Shown: one piece after another, positions 9,754 to 21,239 of the stretch
Layout of the letters: each line of letters opens with the position of its first letter
How positions within the stretch are numbered: position 1 is the first letter of the stretch
NCBI GenBank assembly: GCA_963665095.1
Contig: OY762069.1
Coordinates: 6,816,001-6,880,000, forward strand
DNA: 64,000 nt
From: an uncultured Desulfobacter sp.
Lineage (GTDB): Bacteria; Desulfobacterota; Desulfobacteria; Desulfobacterales; Desulfobacteraceae
Direction: 5' to 3'
Notes under the pieces: generated by a model
Database searches by the model: none
What the model was told of the DNA's origin: nothing
What the model saw: only the letters and a program-made list of their open reading frames with translations
Translations under genes and position numbers: made by a program

Positions 9754-10389
9754 TTAGAACAGATATTTCCAGACTTTCCAGCCGATCTTTTTTTCAGATT
9801 TCCAGTCAGCAGGGACCTGCATGAGATTTTCAGGATTCTGGTGTTTCTGATCGTTGAGTTGTTTCTGCTTTTGCTGCTCCATCTGCTCCCAGGTAACAGT
9901 GGAGCGTTGAAACACTTTATAGTTTATGGCCGCAGCAATGCGGTCCACCTGTTTAATGAGATCATCTGCATTCTGTGATTGTTCATAAAAAGAGATGTAT
10001 TGTTTTTCAGTTGTATCAAATATTTTTGTATCAATGCTGAAGGCGCCGGAGAGGCTGGTGATGGTCCCAAAAACAACATAGCGGCTGCCAGTTTTTTTTG
10101 CTGTCTGCCGGACAAGCTCATTCTCAGATAAATCGCTCAATCCCGCCTTAAGCGCTGCCATTTGTTTGGGCGGCACCACAGCCACCTTATCCGGCCAGGT
10201 CAGTCTTGAATATAGCATGGTTGAGATTCCTGCCTTTATATATTCCATATCTTTGTCGGCATTGACGGCAAAGGGGAGGACTGCAATGGTCTCCAGGGAG
10301 GAGCTGGCAGAACTGTTGCACGGAAAGACAAACACGGACAAAATGAAAATCGTCACAAGGGATTTTGGTAGCACAGCTGAAACTTTCAT
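9754..10389 (-). CDS. Secreted protein with TolB-N/CsgG-like domain, paralog of the N-terminal domain of 5199-6851
   Basis: Signal-like N-terminus; IAVLPFAVN...LYSRL...YVVFGTIT...FYEQS...INYKVFQR aligns by eye with the 550-aa protein. Confidence 0.78.
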   Translation of the reverse strand: MKVSAVLPKSLVTIFILSVFVFPCNSSASSSLETIAVLPFAVNADKDMEYIKAGISTMLYSRLTWPDKVAVVPPKQMAALKAGLSDLSENELVRQTAKKTGSRYVVFGTITSLSGAFSIDTKIFDTTEKQYISFYEQSQNADDLIKQVDRIAAAINYKVFQRSTVTWEQMEQQKQKQLNDQKHQNPENLMQVPADWKSEKKIGWKVWKYLF

Positions 10390-10401
10390 ATAACCCTTCC
10401 T

Positions 10402-11826
10402 CTACAGTTTTGATTTGAGCATAGGAGTGACTACTTTGGGGTCTGCCTTGCCCCGGGTTTTTTTCATCACCTGCCCCATGAAAAAGCTGAACAGTTTGGT
10501 TTTCCCCTCTCTGTAGGCCTGTACCTCATCGGGGTTTTCCTTTAGAACCGCCTCTACTAACGCCTCAAGCTCTCTCTGGTCTGATACCTGCTCCAGGCCT
10601 TTTTCCGTGACAATGATTTCAGGGTCTTTCCCGGTTTCTGTCATCTCCTCAAATACAGTTTTTGCGGCATTGGCATTTATTTTGGACGATTCAAGAAGAG
10701 CTAAAAGCCTGGAAAATGCATCTGCTGAAACCGGTGACTCACAGACATCTATCCCCCTGGCATTGAGCATCCCCATCAGCGTGGTCATGGTCCAGTTGGC
10801 CGCCTGTTTAATATCTTTTAAGGGTTTAATGACCTGTTCAAAAAAGGTTGCCATATCCAGGCTTGCGGTAAGCACCCCGGCATCGTAATCGGACAGGCTG
10901 TAGTCACTCATGAACCGCTGCTTTTTTTCATCCGGCAGTTCAGGCATGGTGGTACGGACATCATTGATCCAGGTGTCATCTACAATCAGGGGCACAAGAT
11001 CCGGATCCGGAAAATATCTGTAATCATGGGCCTCTTCCTTTCCGCGCATGGATGCGGTGCGGTGGTTGGCAGGATCCCACAGCCTTGTTTCCTGGATCAC
11101 CTGCCCGCCTTCTTCCAGTACATAGGTCTGGCGCTGGATTTCATAACGGATGGCTTTTTCCACATTTCTAAAGGAGTTCAGGTTTTTTAATTCGGTACGG
11201 GTGCCGAACGCTTCCTGGCCCACGGGGCGCAGGGAAACATTGGCATCGCATCTGAACGAGCCCTGCTCCATGTTTCCGTCACACACATCAATGTATTTGA
11301 GAATGGCATGCAGTTTTCTTAAATATGCACCGGCTTCTGCTGCGGTCCGGATGTCCGGTTCACTGACGATTTCAATCAGCGGGACCCCTGTCCGGTTGAG
11401 GTCAACCATGCTTTTATCCCGCAGGTCGTCATGGATCAGCTTGCCGGCATCCTCTTCCATATGAATGCGGGTGATGCCGATACGTTTTTCAATTCCATCG
11501 GCTTCTATATCCAGAAAACCGTGTTCGGAAATAGGTTTGGCATACTGGGAGATCTGATACCCTTTGGGCAGATCCGGATAAAAGTAGTTTTTCCGGTCAA
11601 AGCGGCTTTCCCGGTTGATAGTGCAGTTGGTGGCAAGGCTCGCTCTGATGGCAAAGGTGACTGCCTGTTTGTTTAAAACGGGCAGAACGCCGGGCATGCC
11701 TGTGCACACCGGGCAGGTATTTGCATTGGGAGCCTTGCCAAATGCGGTTGAGCAGTTGCAGAAAATTTTTGTCAGTGTTTTTAACTGGGCGTGGACCTCA
11801 AGTCCGATAACAGGTTCAAATGCCAT
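10402..11826 (-). CDS. gatB: Asp/Glu-tRNA amidotransferase subunit B
   Basis: [45 protein letters not shown]. Confidence 0.97.
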   Translation of the reverse strand: MAFEPVIGLEVHAQLKTLTKIFCNCSTAFGKAPNANTCPVCTGMPGVLPVLNKQAVTFAIRASLATNCTINRESRFDRKNYFYPDLPKGYQISQYAKPISEHGFLDIEADGIEKRIGITRIHMEEDAGKLIHDDLRDKSMVDLNRTGVPLIEIVSEPDIRTAAEAGAYLRKLHAILKYIDVCDGNMEQGSFRCDANVSLRPVGQEAFGTRTELKNLNSFRNVEKAIRYEIQRQTYVLEEGGQVIQETRLWDPANHRTASMRGKEEAHDYRYFPDPDLVPLIVDDTWINDVRTTMPELPDEKKQRFMSDYSLSDYDAGVLTASLDMATFFEQVIKPLKDIKQAANWTMTTLMGMLNARGIDVCESPVSADAFSRLLALLESSKINANAAKTVFEEMTETGKDPEIIVTEKGLEQVSDQRELEALVEAVLKENPDEVQAYREGKTKLFSFFMGQVMKKTRGKADPKVVTPMLKSKL

Positions 11827-12086
11827 GGGTTGTTTTTATTCCTTTAGGTGCCCGGCGTATGAAGGCATTCATACCCGGGGTTCAGTTCTTACCAGCCTTT
11901 CTTTATAGCCTTGATATTTTTAATTATCAAGGGTACCAAAAGAGAATTACTTGCAAAAGATGGCTCAAACCGATAAAACAATTGTCCTTTTTTACAGGTG
12001 GTGTCTGTCCGGAAATTGAGAAAAAAGCTAAAGGTGGATAGACGCCGTGTAAATGAATCAGGGATGATGAAAGGAATCCCTTTAAT

Positions 12087-12278
12087 ATGAAATTTTTTTT
12101 CTGTGTGATAGGCATGGTAATGATCGTGGAAGGGCTGCCGTATTTTATCGCCCCTCACAGGATGCGGGAGATGGTCACCGTGATTTTACAGATGCCGGAA
12201 GCAACCCTGCGCCGGTTTGGATTCTTTCTGATGGCGGCAGGGCTGGCTGTGGTGTATCTGGCCATGGGGGCGCATTGA
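12087..12278 (+). CDS. DUF2065 family small membrane protein
   Basis: GMVMIVEGLPYFIAP...LRRFG pattern with two hydrophobic segments; stop overlaps queA start. Confidence 0.8.
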   Translation: MKFFFCVIGMVMIVEGLPYFIAPHRMREMVTVILQMPEATLRRFGFFLMAAGLAVVYLAMGAH

Positions 12279-13357
12279 TGTATCAGCTTTCCGACTATTA
12301 TTATGATCTGCCTGAAGCCCTTATTGCCCAGGCACCCTGTGCACACAGGAGCGAGTCACGCCTGTTGCATCTGCAAAGGGCAACCCATGAGATTTTCCAT
12401 CACAGGTTTCTTGATCTGGAACAACTGCTGCACCCGAGAGACCTTCTGGTGGTCAACGATACCCGGGTGGTGCCGGCAAGGCTTTTGGGGCGTAAAAGCA
12501 CCGGCGGCCGGGTGGAGGTGCTGATTATTGATTATGCAGCCGGCATGAAGCACCTGGCTGAAAGCGGAACGTTTCAGTGCGACTGCCTGATCCGGGCCTC
12601 GCGAAGGCCTGCCCCCGGTACCGTGCTTGAACTGGACCCGGGTATCCGGGCAAGGGTGGTGGCCCACCGGGACCGGATATCTGAAGTGGCTTTCGAGGGT
12701 GAAAAGACATTTCTGGCGCAGCTGAAAAAAGGCGGCAAGGTGCCTTTGCCACCCTATATCAAACGGTCCCAGGCCGACGGCCCCATGTCCGAAGCCGATG
12801 AGGAAAAAGACCGGCGCAGTTACCAGACTGTATATGCAAATGCCGACGGGGCTGTGGCTGCGCCTACAGCAGGGCTCCATTTTACCGAAGCGCTTCTATC
12901 AAAATTGGGCGCTAAAGGGGTTGAGGTGGCCAGGATTACCCTGCATGTGGGATACGGCACCTTTGTCCCGGTGAAGGTGGCAGATATCCGGGACCACCAG
13001 ATCCATTCAGAGTATTTTATTGTAAGTGACAGGACCGCTCAGCAGATCAACCAGGCCCGTGAACAGGAACGCCGGATCATTGCCGTGGGTACCACCTCGG
13101 TGCGGACCCTGGAATACTGTGCCGATGATCACGGCAGGATAACCCCCGGTCAGGGCCGGTGTGATCTGTTTATCTATCCTGGCTACCGGTTTAAATGTGT
13201 GGATGCCATGATTACCAATTTTCATCTGCCCGAATCTACACTTCTCATGCTGATATCTGCCTTTTATGACAGGGAGAAAATACTTGAGGCGTACAGGACG
13301 GCTGTGGCAGAAAAATACCGGTTCTTCAGTTACGGGGATGCCATGTTTATTGAGTAG
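12278..13357 (+). CDS. queA: SAM:tRNA ribosyltransferase-isomerase
   Basis: LPEALIAQAP, PLPPYI, AAPTAGLHF, TLHVGYGTF, TNFHLPESTL, YRFFSYGDAM. Confidence 0.97.
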   Translation: MYQLSDYYYDLPEALIAQAPCAHRSESRLLHLQRATHEIFHHRFLDLEQLLHPRDLLVVNDTRVVPARLLGRKSTGGRVEVLIIDYAAGMKHLAESGTFQCDCLIRASRRPAPGTVLELDPGIRARVVAHRDRISEVAFEGEKTFLAQLKKGGKVPLPPYIKRSQADGPMSEADEEKDRRSYQTVYANADGAVAAPTAGLHFTEALLSKLGAKGVEVARITLHVGYGTFVPVKVADIRDHQIHSEYFIVSDRTAQQINQAREQERRIIAVGTTSVRTLEYCADDHGRITPGQGRCDLFIYPGYRFKCVDAMITNFHLPESTLLMLISAFYDREKILEAYRTAVAEKYRFFSYGDAMFIE

Positions 13358-13416
13358 CCGGAGCGTATATAATGAGTATAGATTATGATAACCGTTTAAA
13401 TTATGTGTAAGATTAA

Positions 13417-14550
<1,134 letters not shown>

Positions 14551-14556
14551 ACGTCT

Positions 14557-14907
14557 ATGCACGAGATGGGTATTGCCCAGCAGCTTGTTACAATAGCCTT
14601 GGATGCCATTCCGGATGACATTGAGAACCCGCGGGTGGAAAAATTAAATTTAAGAATTGGAAAACTGGCCTCTGTGGTGGAGCACAGCCTTTCCTTCTGC
14701 CTTGAGATTATTACGAAAGACACCCCCCTTGAAGGTGCTCAGATGGTGATTGAGGCCGTGCCGGTGCAGCTTCGCTGCGAAACCTGCAACCACCTATGGC
14801 AGACAGATGAACCGGCCTTTGGATGCCCGCAATGCAGGGACGGAAAAGTCACCATGATTTCAGGCCGGGAAATTGAAATATCGTCCATTGAACTGGCTGA
14901 TGACTAA
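14557..14907 (+). CDS. hypA: Hydrogenase maturation nickel metallochaperone
   Basis: MHEM N-terminus, two CxxC motifs (CETC, CPQC), SGRE. Confidence 0.95.
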   Translation: MHEMGIAQQLVTIALDAIPDDIENPRVEKLNLRIGKLASVVEHSLSFCLEIITKDTPLEGAQMVIEAVPVQLRCETCNHLWQTDEPAFGCPQCRDGKVTMISGREIEISSIELADD

Positions 14908-15028
14908 CCGGCATCCTCAAAACAGCCCCTGGATCCAGTTGTTTTATTTTGAAATATGTTTAACGTTAAAGCTGGTATTATCAGGCACAGCCAAAGGGAT
15001 AATAATAAACTATAGTTGAGGAGTACCC

Positions 15029-15694
15029 ATGGAAATCAATATTCAGAAAAGAATTCTGGAAAAGAATGAAACCGAGGCAGACAGAAACCGGGCATTTTTT
15101 AATGAAAAAAAAGTATTTGTACTGAACATGATGTCCTCGCCGGGCTCCGGTAAGACAGAAACCCTGTGCCGGACCCTGGAGCAGCTGATGCCCGATATCC
15201 GGGTGGGGGTGATTGTGGGCGATGTTTGTACCACCAACGATGCAGACCGCCTTCAGGTCACGGGTGCCAAAGTGACCCAGATCAATACAGACCAGTTCGG
15301 CGGGGACTGCCATCTGGCGGCCCATCTCATTGACGCTTCCGCAAAAACACTGGGGTGTGACGATATCGACCTGCTCATTGTGGAAAATATCGGCAACCTG
15401 GTCTGTCCGGCTGAGTTTGATATTGGCGAAGATGCGAGAACCGTGGTGTTAAGTGTTACAGAGGGCGAGGATAAGCCTCTTAAATATCCGCTTATGTTCC
15501 AGGTGGCGGACTGTGCCATTCTCAATAAGATTGATCTTTTGCCCTATCTTGACTTTGATGCGGCCCTGGCCGTGGAAAATATGGGAAAGGTACATCCGGG
15601 AATGCCGGTGTTTGAGCTTTCCGCCAAAACCCGGGAAGGGTTTCAGCCCTGGCTTGCCTGGTTGCGCGCCAAGGTAAGAGAAAAGCTGGGGTAA
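15029..15694 (+). CDS. hypB: Hydrogenase nickel incorporation GTPase
   Basis: SSPGSGKT, CHL, ENIGNLVCPAEFDIGE, EGEDKPLKYP, NKID. Confidence 0.96.
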   Translation: MEINIQKRILEKNETEADRNRAFFNEKKVFVLNMMSSPGSGKTETLCRTLEQLMPDIRVGVIVGDVCTTNDADRLQVTGAKVTQINTDQFGGDCHLAAHLIDASAKTLGCDDIDLLIVENIGNLVCPAEFDIGEDARTVVLSVTEGEDKPLKYPLMFQVADCAILNKIDLLPYLDFDAALAVENMGKVHPGMPVFELSAKTREGFQPWLAWLRAKVREKLG

Positions 15695-15731
15695 CTTTCA
15701 TATCTGCGCAGTGCACAAGAAAGAGGTGTAT

Positions 15732-16673
15732 ATGCAGTTAAAAAGAGCCGCATTTGCCGGTTCCTGGTATCCGGGCGACAGGCAGCAATGCCGATCCGCC
15801 ATTGAAGGGTTTTTAAGAGACCTGGACAAAAAAGGTGCCGGACGAAAGGAAATTTCGCTGCCGGAAAATTCTGTGGGCGGCATTGTGCCCCATGCCGGGT
15901 GGATCTATTCAGGTCACATCGCCTGCCGGGTGTTTGCCACATTGGCTCTGTCTGAAAAATCAGAAGATACTGCGGCGAATCGTCGGACGGACGCCCCCCC
16001 GATCACTTCAGTCGACACCATTGTTCTGTTCGGCGTTCACATGCATGCCTCGTCTCCGGCTATGGTATTATGTGCGGGTGCGGTGGATACCCCGTTAGGG
16101 GAGATTCCGGTGGACAAGGTACTCACTGACACAGTGTATAAAGATCTTGCATCGGCCGGTGAAAATATTCAAACCCTTCAACCTTCCCGGTTTCCTGAGG
16201 AGAATACTCTGGAGGTGCAGTTTCCGTTCATCCGGTATTTCTTTCCTGAAGCGCAGCTTTTTATCTGTGCGGTGCCGCCATCGGATATGGCTGAAAAAGC
16301 AGGGCATGCTGTGGTGGATGCGGCAGGCCGGCTTCGGAAGCGAATCATTGCGGTGGGGTCCACAGATATGACTCATTATGGCCCAAGATTCGGGTTTGAG
16401 CCAGCCGGTTCAGGAAAAGCGGGACTTGACTGGGTAACCAGGGAAAATGATGCTTGTGCCATCCGTGTACTTCAGACCATGGATACGGCAGATATTATCC
16501 ATCAGGGGGTGACCCGGCATAATATGTGCTGTTCCGGCGCTGCCTGTGCGGCTGCCGCTGCTGCAAAAAAAATGGGCGCCATCAAAGGCGTCTGCCTTGA
16601 CTACGCCACAAGTTTTGAACAGTCAAGGGCGGCTGATTTTGTGGGATATTGCGGGGTGGTGTTTGGCTCCTGA
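15732..16673 (+). CDS. amrB: MEMO1-family protein (AmmeMemoRadiSam protein B)
   Basis: AFAGSWYP, PHAGWIYSG, STDMTHYG, FVGY; ATG at 15732 follows a GAGG RBS. Confidence 0.88.
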   Translation: MQLKRAAFAGSWYPGDRQQCRSAIEGFLRDLDKKGAGRKEISLPENSVGGIVPHAGWIYSGHIACRVFATLALSEKSEDTAANRRTDAPPITSVDTIVLFGVHMHASSPAMVLCAGAVDTPLGEIPVDKVLTDTVYKDLASAGENIQTLQPSRFPEENTLEVQFPFIRYFFPEAQLFICAVPPSDMAEKAGHAVVDAAGRLRKRIIAVGSTDMTHYGPRFGFEPAGSGKAGLDWVTRENDACAIRVLQTMDTADIIHQGVTRHNMCCSGAACAAAAAAKKMGAIKGVCLDYATSFEQSRAADFVGYCGVVFGS

Positions 16674-16705
16674 ATAAAAATAAAACAGTGTCATTGATAA
16701 AACAA

Positions 16706-16742
16706 CACGGCCCGTTTGAATGATTAAATCAAACGGGCTGTG
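16706..16742. terminator. Hairpin between convergent amrB and gltX
   Basis: CACGGCCCGTTTGA...TCAAACGGGCTGTG. Confidence 0.7.
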
Positions 16743-16765
16743 CGTTAATTCTGATCAGTATACAA

Positions 16766-18169
16766 TTACGCCTGAGTGGCACAAAATGTCGCGGCCTTCC
16801 TGATGCGCTGAACAGATTTTTCTTTCCCCAGAGCTATCAGCATTTCAAACATACCCGGGCTGACCGTAGTGCCGGTGACCGCCACCCGGAGCGGTTGTGC
16901 AATTTTACCGAACCCAAGTCCGGTATCTTCCATGATCTGTTTGAATACCTCTTCCTGAGCGGGCTGGGTGAATTCTGTGAGGGCATTCAGGGCGTCTGCA
17001 CACCGGTTGAGCAGATCCTGGGTACCGGGCTTCAGAAATTTTTTGGCAGCCTTCTCTTCAAACTCAATGTCATCCTTATAGTAAAACGCTGCACCCTGGG
17101 CCATCTCCACCATGGTTTTGCTGCGGGGCTGCAGGGTTTCGATCACCCCGTGGGTAAATGCATCGTTTTGAGCCTCAATGCCCAGTTCGGCCAGATGGGG
17201 CAGAAGGTCGTCTGCCAGTTCGGCCGGGCTTTTTTTCTGGATATGCTTGGCATTCAGGGCGTGGAGTTTATCCATGTCAAACATACCGGCCGAACGGCCC
17301 AGATGTTTGAGGTCAAATTTTTCAATCAGCTCCTGCCGTTCAAAGAACTCCTGGTCACCATGGGACCAGCCCAGACGTACCAGATAATTGATCAGGGCGT
17401 CGGCCAGAAATCCCATTTTTTTGTATTCACCCACGGACATGGCGCCGTGGCGTTTGCTTAACCGGGACTTGTCCGATCCCAGCACCATGGGGACATGGCC
17501 GAATATGGGCAACGGCGCCCCCAGCGCTTTATATATCAGGATCTGCTTGGGGGTGTTCACCAGATGGTCATCTCCTCTGATGATGGTGTTGATGCCCATG
17601 GTGATATCGTCCACCACCACGGCCAGGTTGTACATGGCCATGCCGGAACTGCGCTGGATGATAAAGTCATCAATTTCTGCATTCTGGAAAGCAGTATCCC
17701 CTTTGACAATGTCCTCAACCACAGTAACGCCTGTGTCAGGGGTTTTTAAACGTACCACGGTGTTGTCAGATTTTTTAAGTCCACGGTTCCGGCACTTGCC
17801 GTTGTACATGGGTTTAAGGCCTTTGGCCTTGGCCTCCTGCCGCATGGCCTCCACCTCTTCAGGGCTGCAGTCACAGTAATAGGCATGACCTTGTTCCACC
17901 AGGCGGTCAATGTGCTCGTTGTAAATGTCATGGCGCTGGGTCTGGAAGTAGGGGCCTTCATCCCAGTCAATCCCCAGCCACGTCATGGATTTCAGAATGG
18001 CATCCACTGATTCTTTGGTTGAGCGGTCAACATCGGTATCTTCAATGCGCAGCACAAACCGGCCGTTATTTTTTCTGGCCCACAGCCAGTTGAAAAGCGC
18101 TGTTCTTGCTCCTCCGATATGCAGGTAGCCTGTGGGGGAGGGCGGAAAGCGGGTAATAACAGTATCCAT
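16766..18169 (-). CDS. gltX: Glutamate--tRNA ligase
   Basis: RFPPSPTGYLHIGG, LRIEDTD, RGDDH, RLSKR. Confidence 0.97.
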   Translation of the reverse strand: MDTVITRFPPSPTGYLHIGGARTALFNWLWARKNNGRFVLRIEDTDVDRSTKESVDAILKSMTWLGIDWDEGPYFQTQRHDIYNEHIDRLVEQGHAYYCDCSPEEVEAMRQEAKAKGLKPMYNGKCRNRGLKKSDNTVVRLKTPDTGVTVVEDIVKGDTAFQNAEIDDFIIQRSSGMAMYNLAVVVDDITMGINTIIRGDDHLVNTPKQILIYKALGAPLPIFGHVPMVLGSDKSRLSKRHGAMSVGEYKKMGFLADALINYLVRLGWSHGDQEFFERQELIEKFDLKHLGRSAGMFDMDKLHALNAKHIQKKSPAELADDLLPHLAELGIEAQNDAFTHGVIETLQPRSKTMVEMAQGAAFYYKDDIEFEEKAAKKFLKPGTQDLLNRCADALNALTEFTQPAQEEVFKQIMEDTGLGFGKIAQPLRVAVTGTTVSPGMFEMLIALGKEKSVQRIRKAATFCATQA

Positions 18170-18442
18170 TTAAATCTCCAATCAATAGAAAGCCTGAAAG
18201 AAATTTCCTGCAGACTTTCCAAAAGGGTGTAAAATCGACGCTTTATCTACCATAACGGCGGATTGAAGGCAATACAGAGGCAAGACAAAATTTTAAAGTT
18301 TTCTTTTTAAAAAAAATCAATTCACCACGCTTCAGGATTTATCTTATTGACTTCACAGGAAAACTGAGGTATTTAAATGTGTTTTAAATCTTGATGAAGA
18401 TTAATTGAAAACCAAATAAAATAATATAGTTAGGAGAAACCC

Positions 18443-18631
18443 ATGGCCGTACCAAAGCAGAAAAGCTCCAAGGCAAGAGGAAGAAAAAGACGTACCCATT
18501 ATAAAACCCAGGCACCCACAGTCACCCTGTGTCCTGAATGCCAGGAACCCCGGTTGCCCCATACCGCATGCCCTGAATGCGGTGCTTACAAAGACAGAAA
18601 TGTAAAAGCCGATATGGATGCGGACGATTAG
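18443..18631 (+). CDS. rpmF: 50S ribosomal protein L32 (Zn-ribbon type)
   Basis: MAVPKQKSSK, CPEC...CPECG; AGGAG RBS. Confidence 0.95.
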   Translation: MAVPKQKSSKARGRKRRTHYKTQAPTVTLCPECQEPRLPHTACPECGAYKDRNVKADMDADD

Positions 18632-18665
18632 TCCGGCAGCCTGCAGAAATTCAAGGAGTCAGGAC

Positions 18666-18899
18666 ATGACCATTGAAACCAAAGTACAAAAAGTGATTGC
18701 TGAAAAAATTCCGGATATTGATATTGATGATGTTGTGCCTGAAGCCTCGCTCATTGAGGACCTTGGGGCTGATTCTCTGACGATCGTGGAACTTATCATG
18801 TCCATGGAAGAGGTGTTTGAAATCGAGATCGATGATGACGAGGCCGAAGGCCTGGTTACTGTTAAAGATGTCATAGATTTCATCAAGGCAAAATCATAA
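18666..18899 (+). CDS. acpP: Acyl carrier protein
   Basis: DLGADSL phosphopantetheine site, acidic; ATG at 18666 after AGGAG. Confidence 0.93.
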   Translation: MTIETKVQKVIAEKIPDIDIDDVVPEASLIEDLGADSLTIVELIMSMEEVFEIEIDDDEAEGLVTVKDVIDFIKAKS

Positions 18900-18933
18900 A
18901 CATTTTGTCTTGGGCAAAGGGGCCGGATGAAAA

Positions 18934-19374
18934 ATGGATAAGGACAAAAAAATCATTATCGGCAGTGATCATGCTGCATTTGGATTAAAAGAGAAGATAA
19001 AGAAGCAACTCTTTGATCTCGGCTATGAGGTTGAAGATGCAGGCACCCACAGTGAAGCGTCCGTGAATTATGCTGATTACGGTAAAAAGGTGGCCAAAGC
19101 GGTTGCTGGCGACAGTTTCCCTCGTGGTATCCTTCTGTGCGGTACAGGTCTTGGCATGTCCATGCAGGCCAACCGGTTCAAAGGAGTCCGTGCGGCACTT
19201 TGCTCTGATATTTTTTCGGCCCGGATGAGTCGGCTGCATAATGATGCCAATATCCTGGTCATGGGTGGCCGGGTTGTGGGTGATATTCTTGCCTTTGAAC
19301 TGGTTAAAGAGTGGCTTGCCACGGATTTTGAAGGCGGACGCCATCTGGATCGGATTCGTACCCTGGATGACTGA
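18934..19374 (+). CDS. rpiB: Ribose-5-phosphate isomerase B
   Basis: GSDHAA, CGTGLG, HNDAN, FEGGRH. Confidence 0.95.
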   Translation: MDKDKKIIIGSDHAAFGLKEKIKKQLFDLGYEVEDAGTHSEASVNYADYGKKVAKAVAGDSFPRGILLCGTGLGMSMQANRFKGVRAALCSDIFSARMSRLHNDANILVMGGRVVGDILAFELVKEWLATDFEGGRHLDRIRTLDD

Positions 19375-19495
19375 CACACAGGATAAATATCACTACTGAA
19401 ATTAATCGCTACTGGCTGAGCAGATCACTACCATGCAACTAACGCTGATAAACGGATCGGTCAAATAGCGCAGATCCCTGATAAAGACTGAAAGA

Positions 19496-20734
19496 ATGCA
19501 ATACATAAAATCAATTGACCCGCAGATTGCCTCTGTGATTGAAAATGAAGCAGCCCGCCAGGAATTCGGCCTGAATCTCATCGCCTCTGAAAATACAGTG
19601 AGCCGGGCAGTGATGGAAGCGCAAGGGTCCATCATGACCAACAAATATGCTGAGGGGTATCCTGCCAAGCGATATTACGGCGGGTGCCGGTATATGGACC
19701 AGGCGGAAAACCTGGCCATTGATCGGGCAAAAAAACTGTTTGGTGTAGAATTTGCCAATGTTCAGCCCCATTCCGGTTCCCAGGCCAATATGGCAGCTTA
19801 TTTTTCCCTGCTTTCACCTGGAGATGGAATCCTTGCCATGGATCTCTCCCATGGCGGACACTTGACTCATGGGTCCGGGGTCAGCTTTTCCGGCCGTCTG
19901 TTTAACTTTTCCCATTATGGCCTGAATCCTGAAACTGAAACCATTGACCTGAATCAGGTGGAGGATCTGGCCCGAAAAAACAAACCCAAAATGATCGTGG
20001 CAGGTGCGTCTGCCTATCCCAGGATTATTGATTTTAAAGGATTTTCCCAGATTGCCAAGTCTGTGGGGGCATTGTTCATGGTGGATATGGCCCATATTGC
20101 AGGTCTGGTAGCCGCAGGGGTCCATCCCACACCTGTGGGACATGCTGATATCATCACCTCCACCACCCATAAAACCTTAAGAGGTCCCAGGGGTGGTTTA
20201 ATTTTGACTTCCGAAGCGCATGGAAAGAAGGTAAATTCCCAGATCTTCCCGGGCATCCAGGGCGGGCCGCTCATGCATGTGATCACCGCCAAGGCAGTGG
20301 CCTTTCAAGAAGCTCTGACGCCTGAATTTAAACAGTACCAGCAGCAGACGGTTAAAAATTGTTCTGTTCTGGCAAAAGTCCTGATGGAAAGAGGGTATAA
20401 GCTGGTATCCAATGGAACAGACAACCATATGGTACTTGTGGATTTCTCCGGCCTGGATATCACAGGTAAAGATGCGGAAGACCGCCTCGGTCAGGCGGGT
20501 ATTACGGTGAACAAAAACACCGTACCCAATGAGAAAAGAAGTCCCTATGTGACATCCGGCGTTCGTATCGGCGTACCTTTGATTACTTCCCGGGGAATGA
20601 ATGAAGATGCTGTCACTGCTGTGGCAGGCTTTATCTGTGATGTGCTGGATGATGAGGCCAATGTATCCCGGGTGGCTGACCAGGTTAAGGCGCTTTGTAC
20701 TCAGTATCCCTTATACGGGAATGAATCTAACTAA
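19496..20734 (+). CDS. glyA: Serine hydroxymethyltransferase
   Basis: [33 protein letters not shown]. Confidence 0.97.
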   Translation: MQYIKSIDPQIASVIENEAARQEFGLNLIASENTVSRAVMEAQGSIMTNKYAEGYPAKRYYGGCRYMDQAENLAIDRAKKLFGVEFANVQPHSGSQANMAAYFSLLSPGDGILAMDLSHGGHLTHGSGVSFSGRLFNFSHYGLNPETETIDLNQVEDLARKNKPKMIVAGASAYPRIIDFKGFSQIAKSVGALFMVDMAHIAGLVAAGVHPTPVGHADIITSTTHKTLRGPRGGLILTSEAHGKKVNSQIFPGIQGGPLMHVITAKAVAFQEALTPEFKQYQQQTVKNCSVLAKVLMERGYKLVSNGTDNHMVLVDFSGLDITGKDAEDRLGQAGITVNKNTVPNEKRSPYVTSGVRIGVPLITSRGMNEDAVTAVAGFICDVLDDEANVSRVADQVKALCTQYPLYGNESN

Positions 20735-20736
20735 TT

Positions 20737-21219
20737 ATGACTGTTTTTCCTGATCCGCCGGGCAAAAATGGCGAAGATCGTCCGTCATGGGATGAATATT
20801 TCATGGCCATTACGGATCTTGTGGCTTCCCGGGCCACCTGCATCCGACGCAAAGTTGGGGCCGTGCTGGTCAAGGAAAAACGCATTTTATGCTCCGGTTA
20901 TAACGGCGCGCCCTCCCAGGTTCCCCACTGCAGTGAGACCGGATGTCTTCGGGAACGGCTCAATGTGCCTTCCGGGGAAAAACATGAGTTGTGCCGGGGC
21001 GTTCATGCTGAGCAGAATGTGATCATCCAGGCCGCTTTTCACGGCATCCCCGTGGCAGGTGCCTATCTTTACTGCACCACCCAGCCCTGTTCCATCTGCG
21101 CCAAGATGATTATTAACGCAGGGATTGTAAGAGTGTATTACAAGGAGGGATACGATGATCCCCTGTCTTTGGAGATGTTTGACCAGGCAGGGGTGGAACT
21201 GATCTGGATTGGCGCCTGA
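20737..21219 (+). CDS. dCMP deaminase (ComEB family)
   Basis: [23 protein letters not shown]. Confidence 0.92.
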   Translation: MTVFPDPPGKNGEDRPSWDEYFMAITDLVASRATCIRRKVGAVLVKEKRILCSGYNGAPSQVPHCSETGCLRERLNVPSGEKHELCRGVHAEQNVIIQAAFHGIPVAGAYLYCTTQPCSICAKMIINAGIVRVYYKEGYDDPLSLEMFDQAGVELIWIGA

Positions 21220-21239
21220 ATTACATAAAAGAGGCTGAC

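Noticed and set aside
16674..16765. tRNA genes that often follow gltX
   Set aside because: No cloverleaf or T-loop GTTCRA; only a terminator-like hairpin
19375..19495. Short repeats (ATCACTAC, ATCGCTAC) and a mini-ORF vaguely like a second glyA start
   Set aside because: Too short and irregular for a CRISPR array, riboswitch or credible relic
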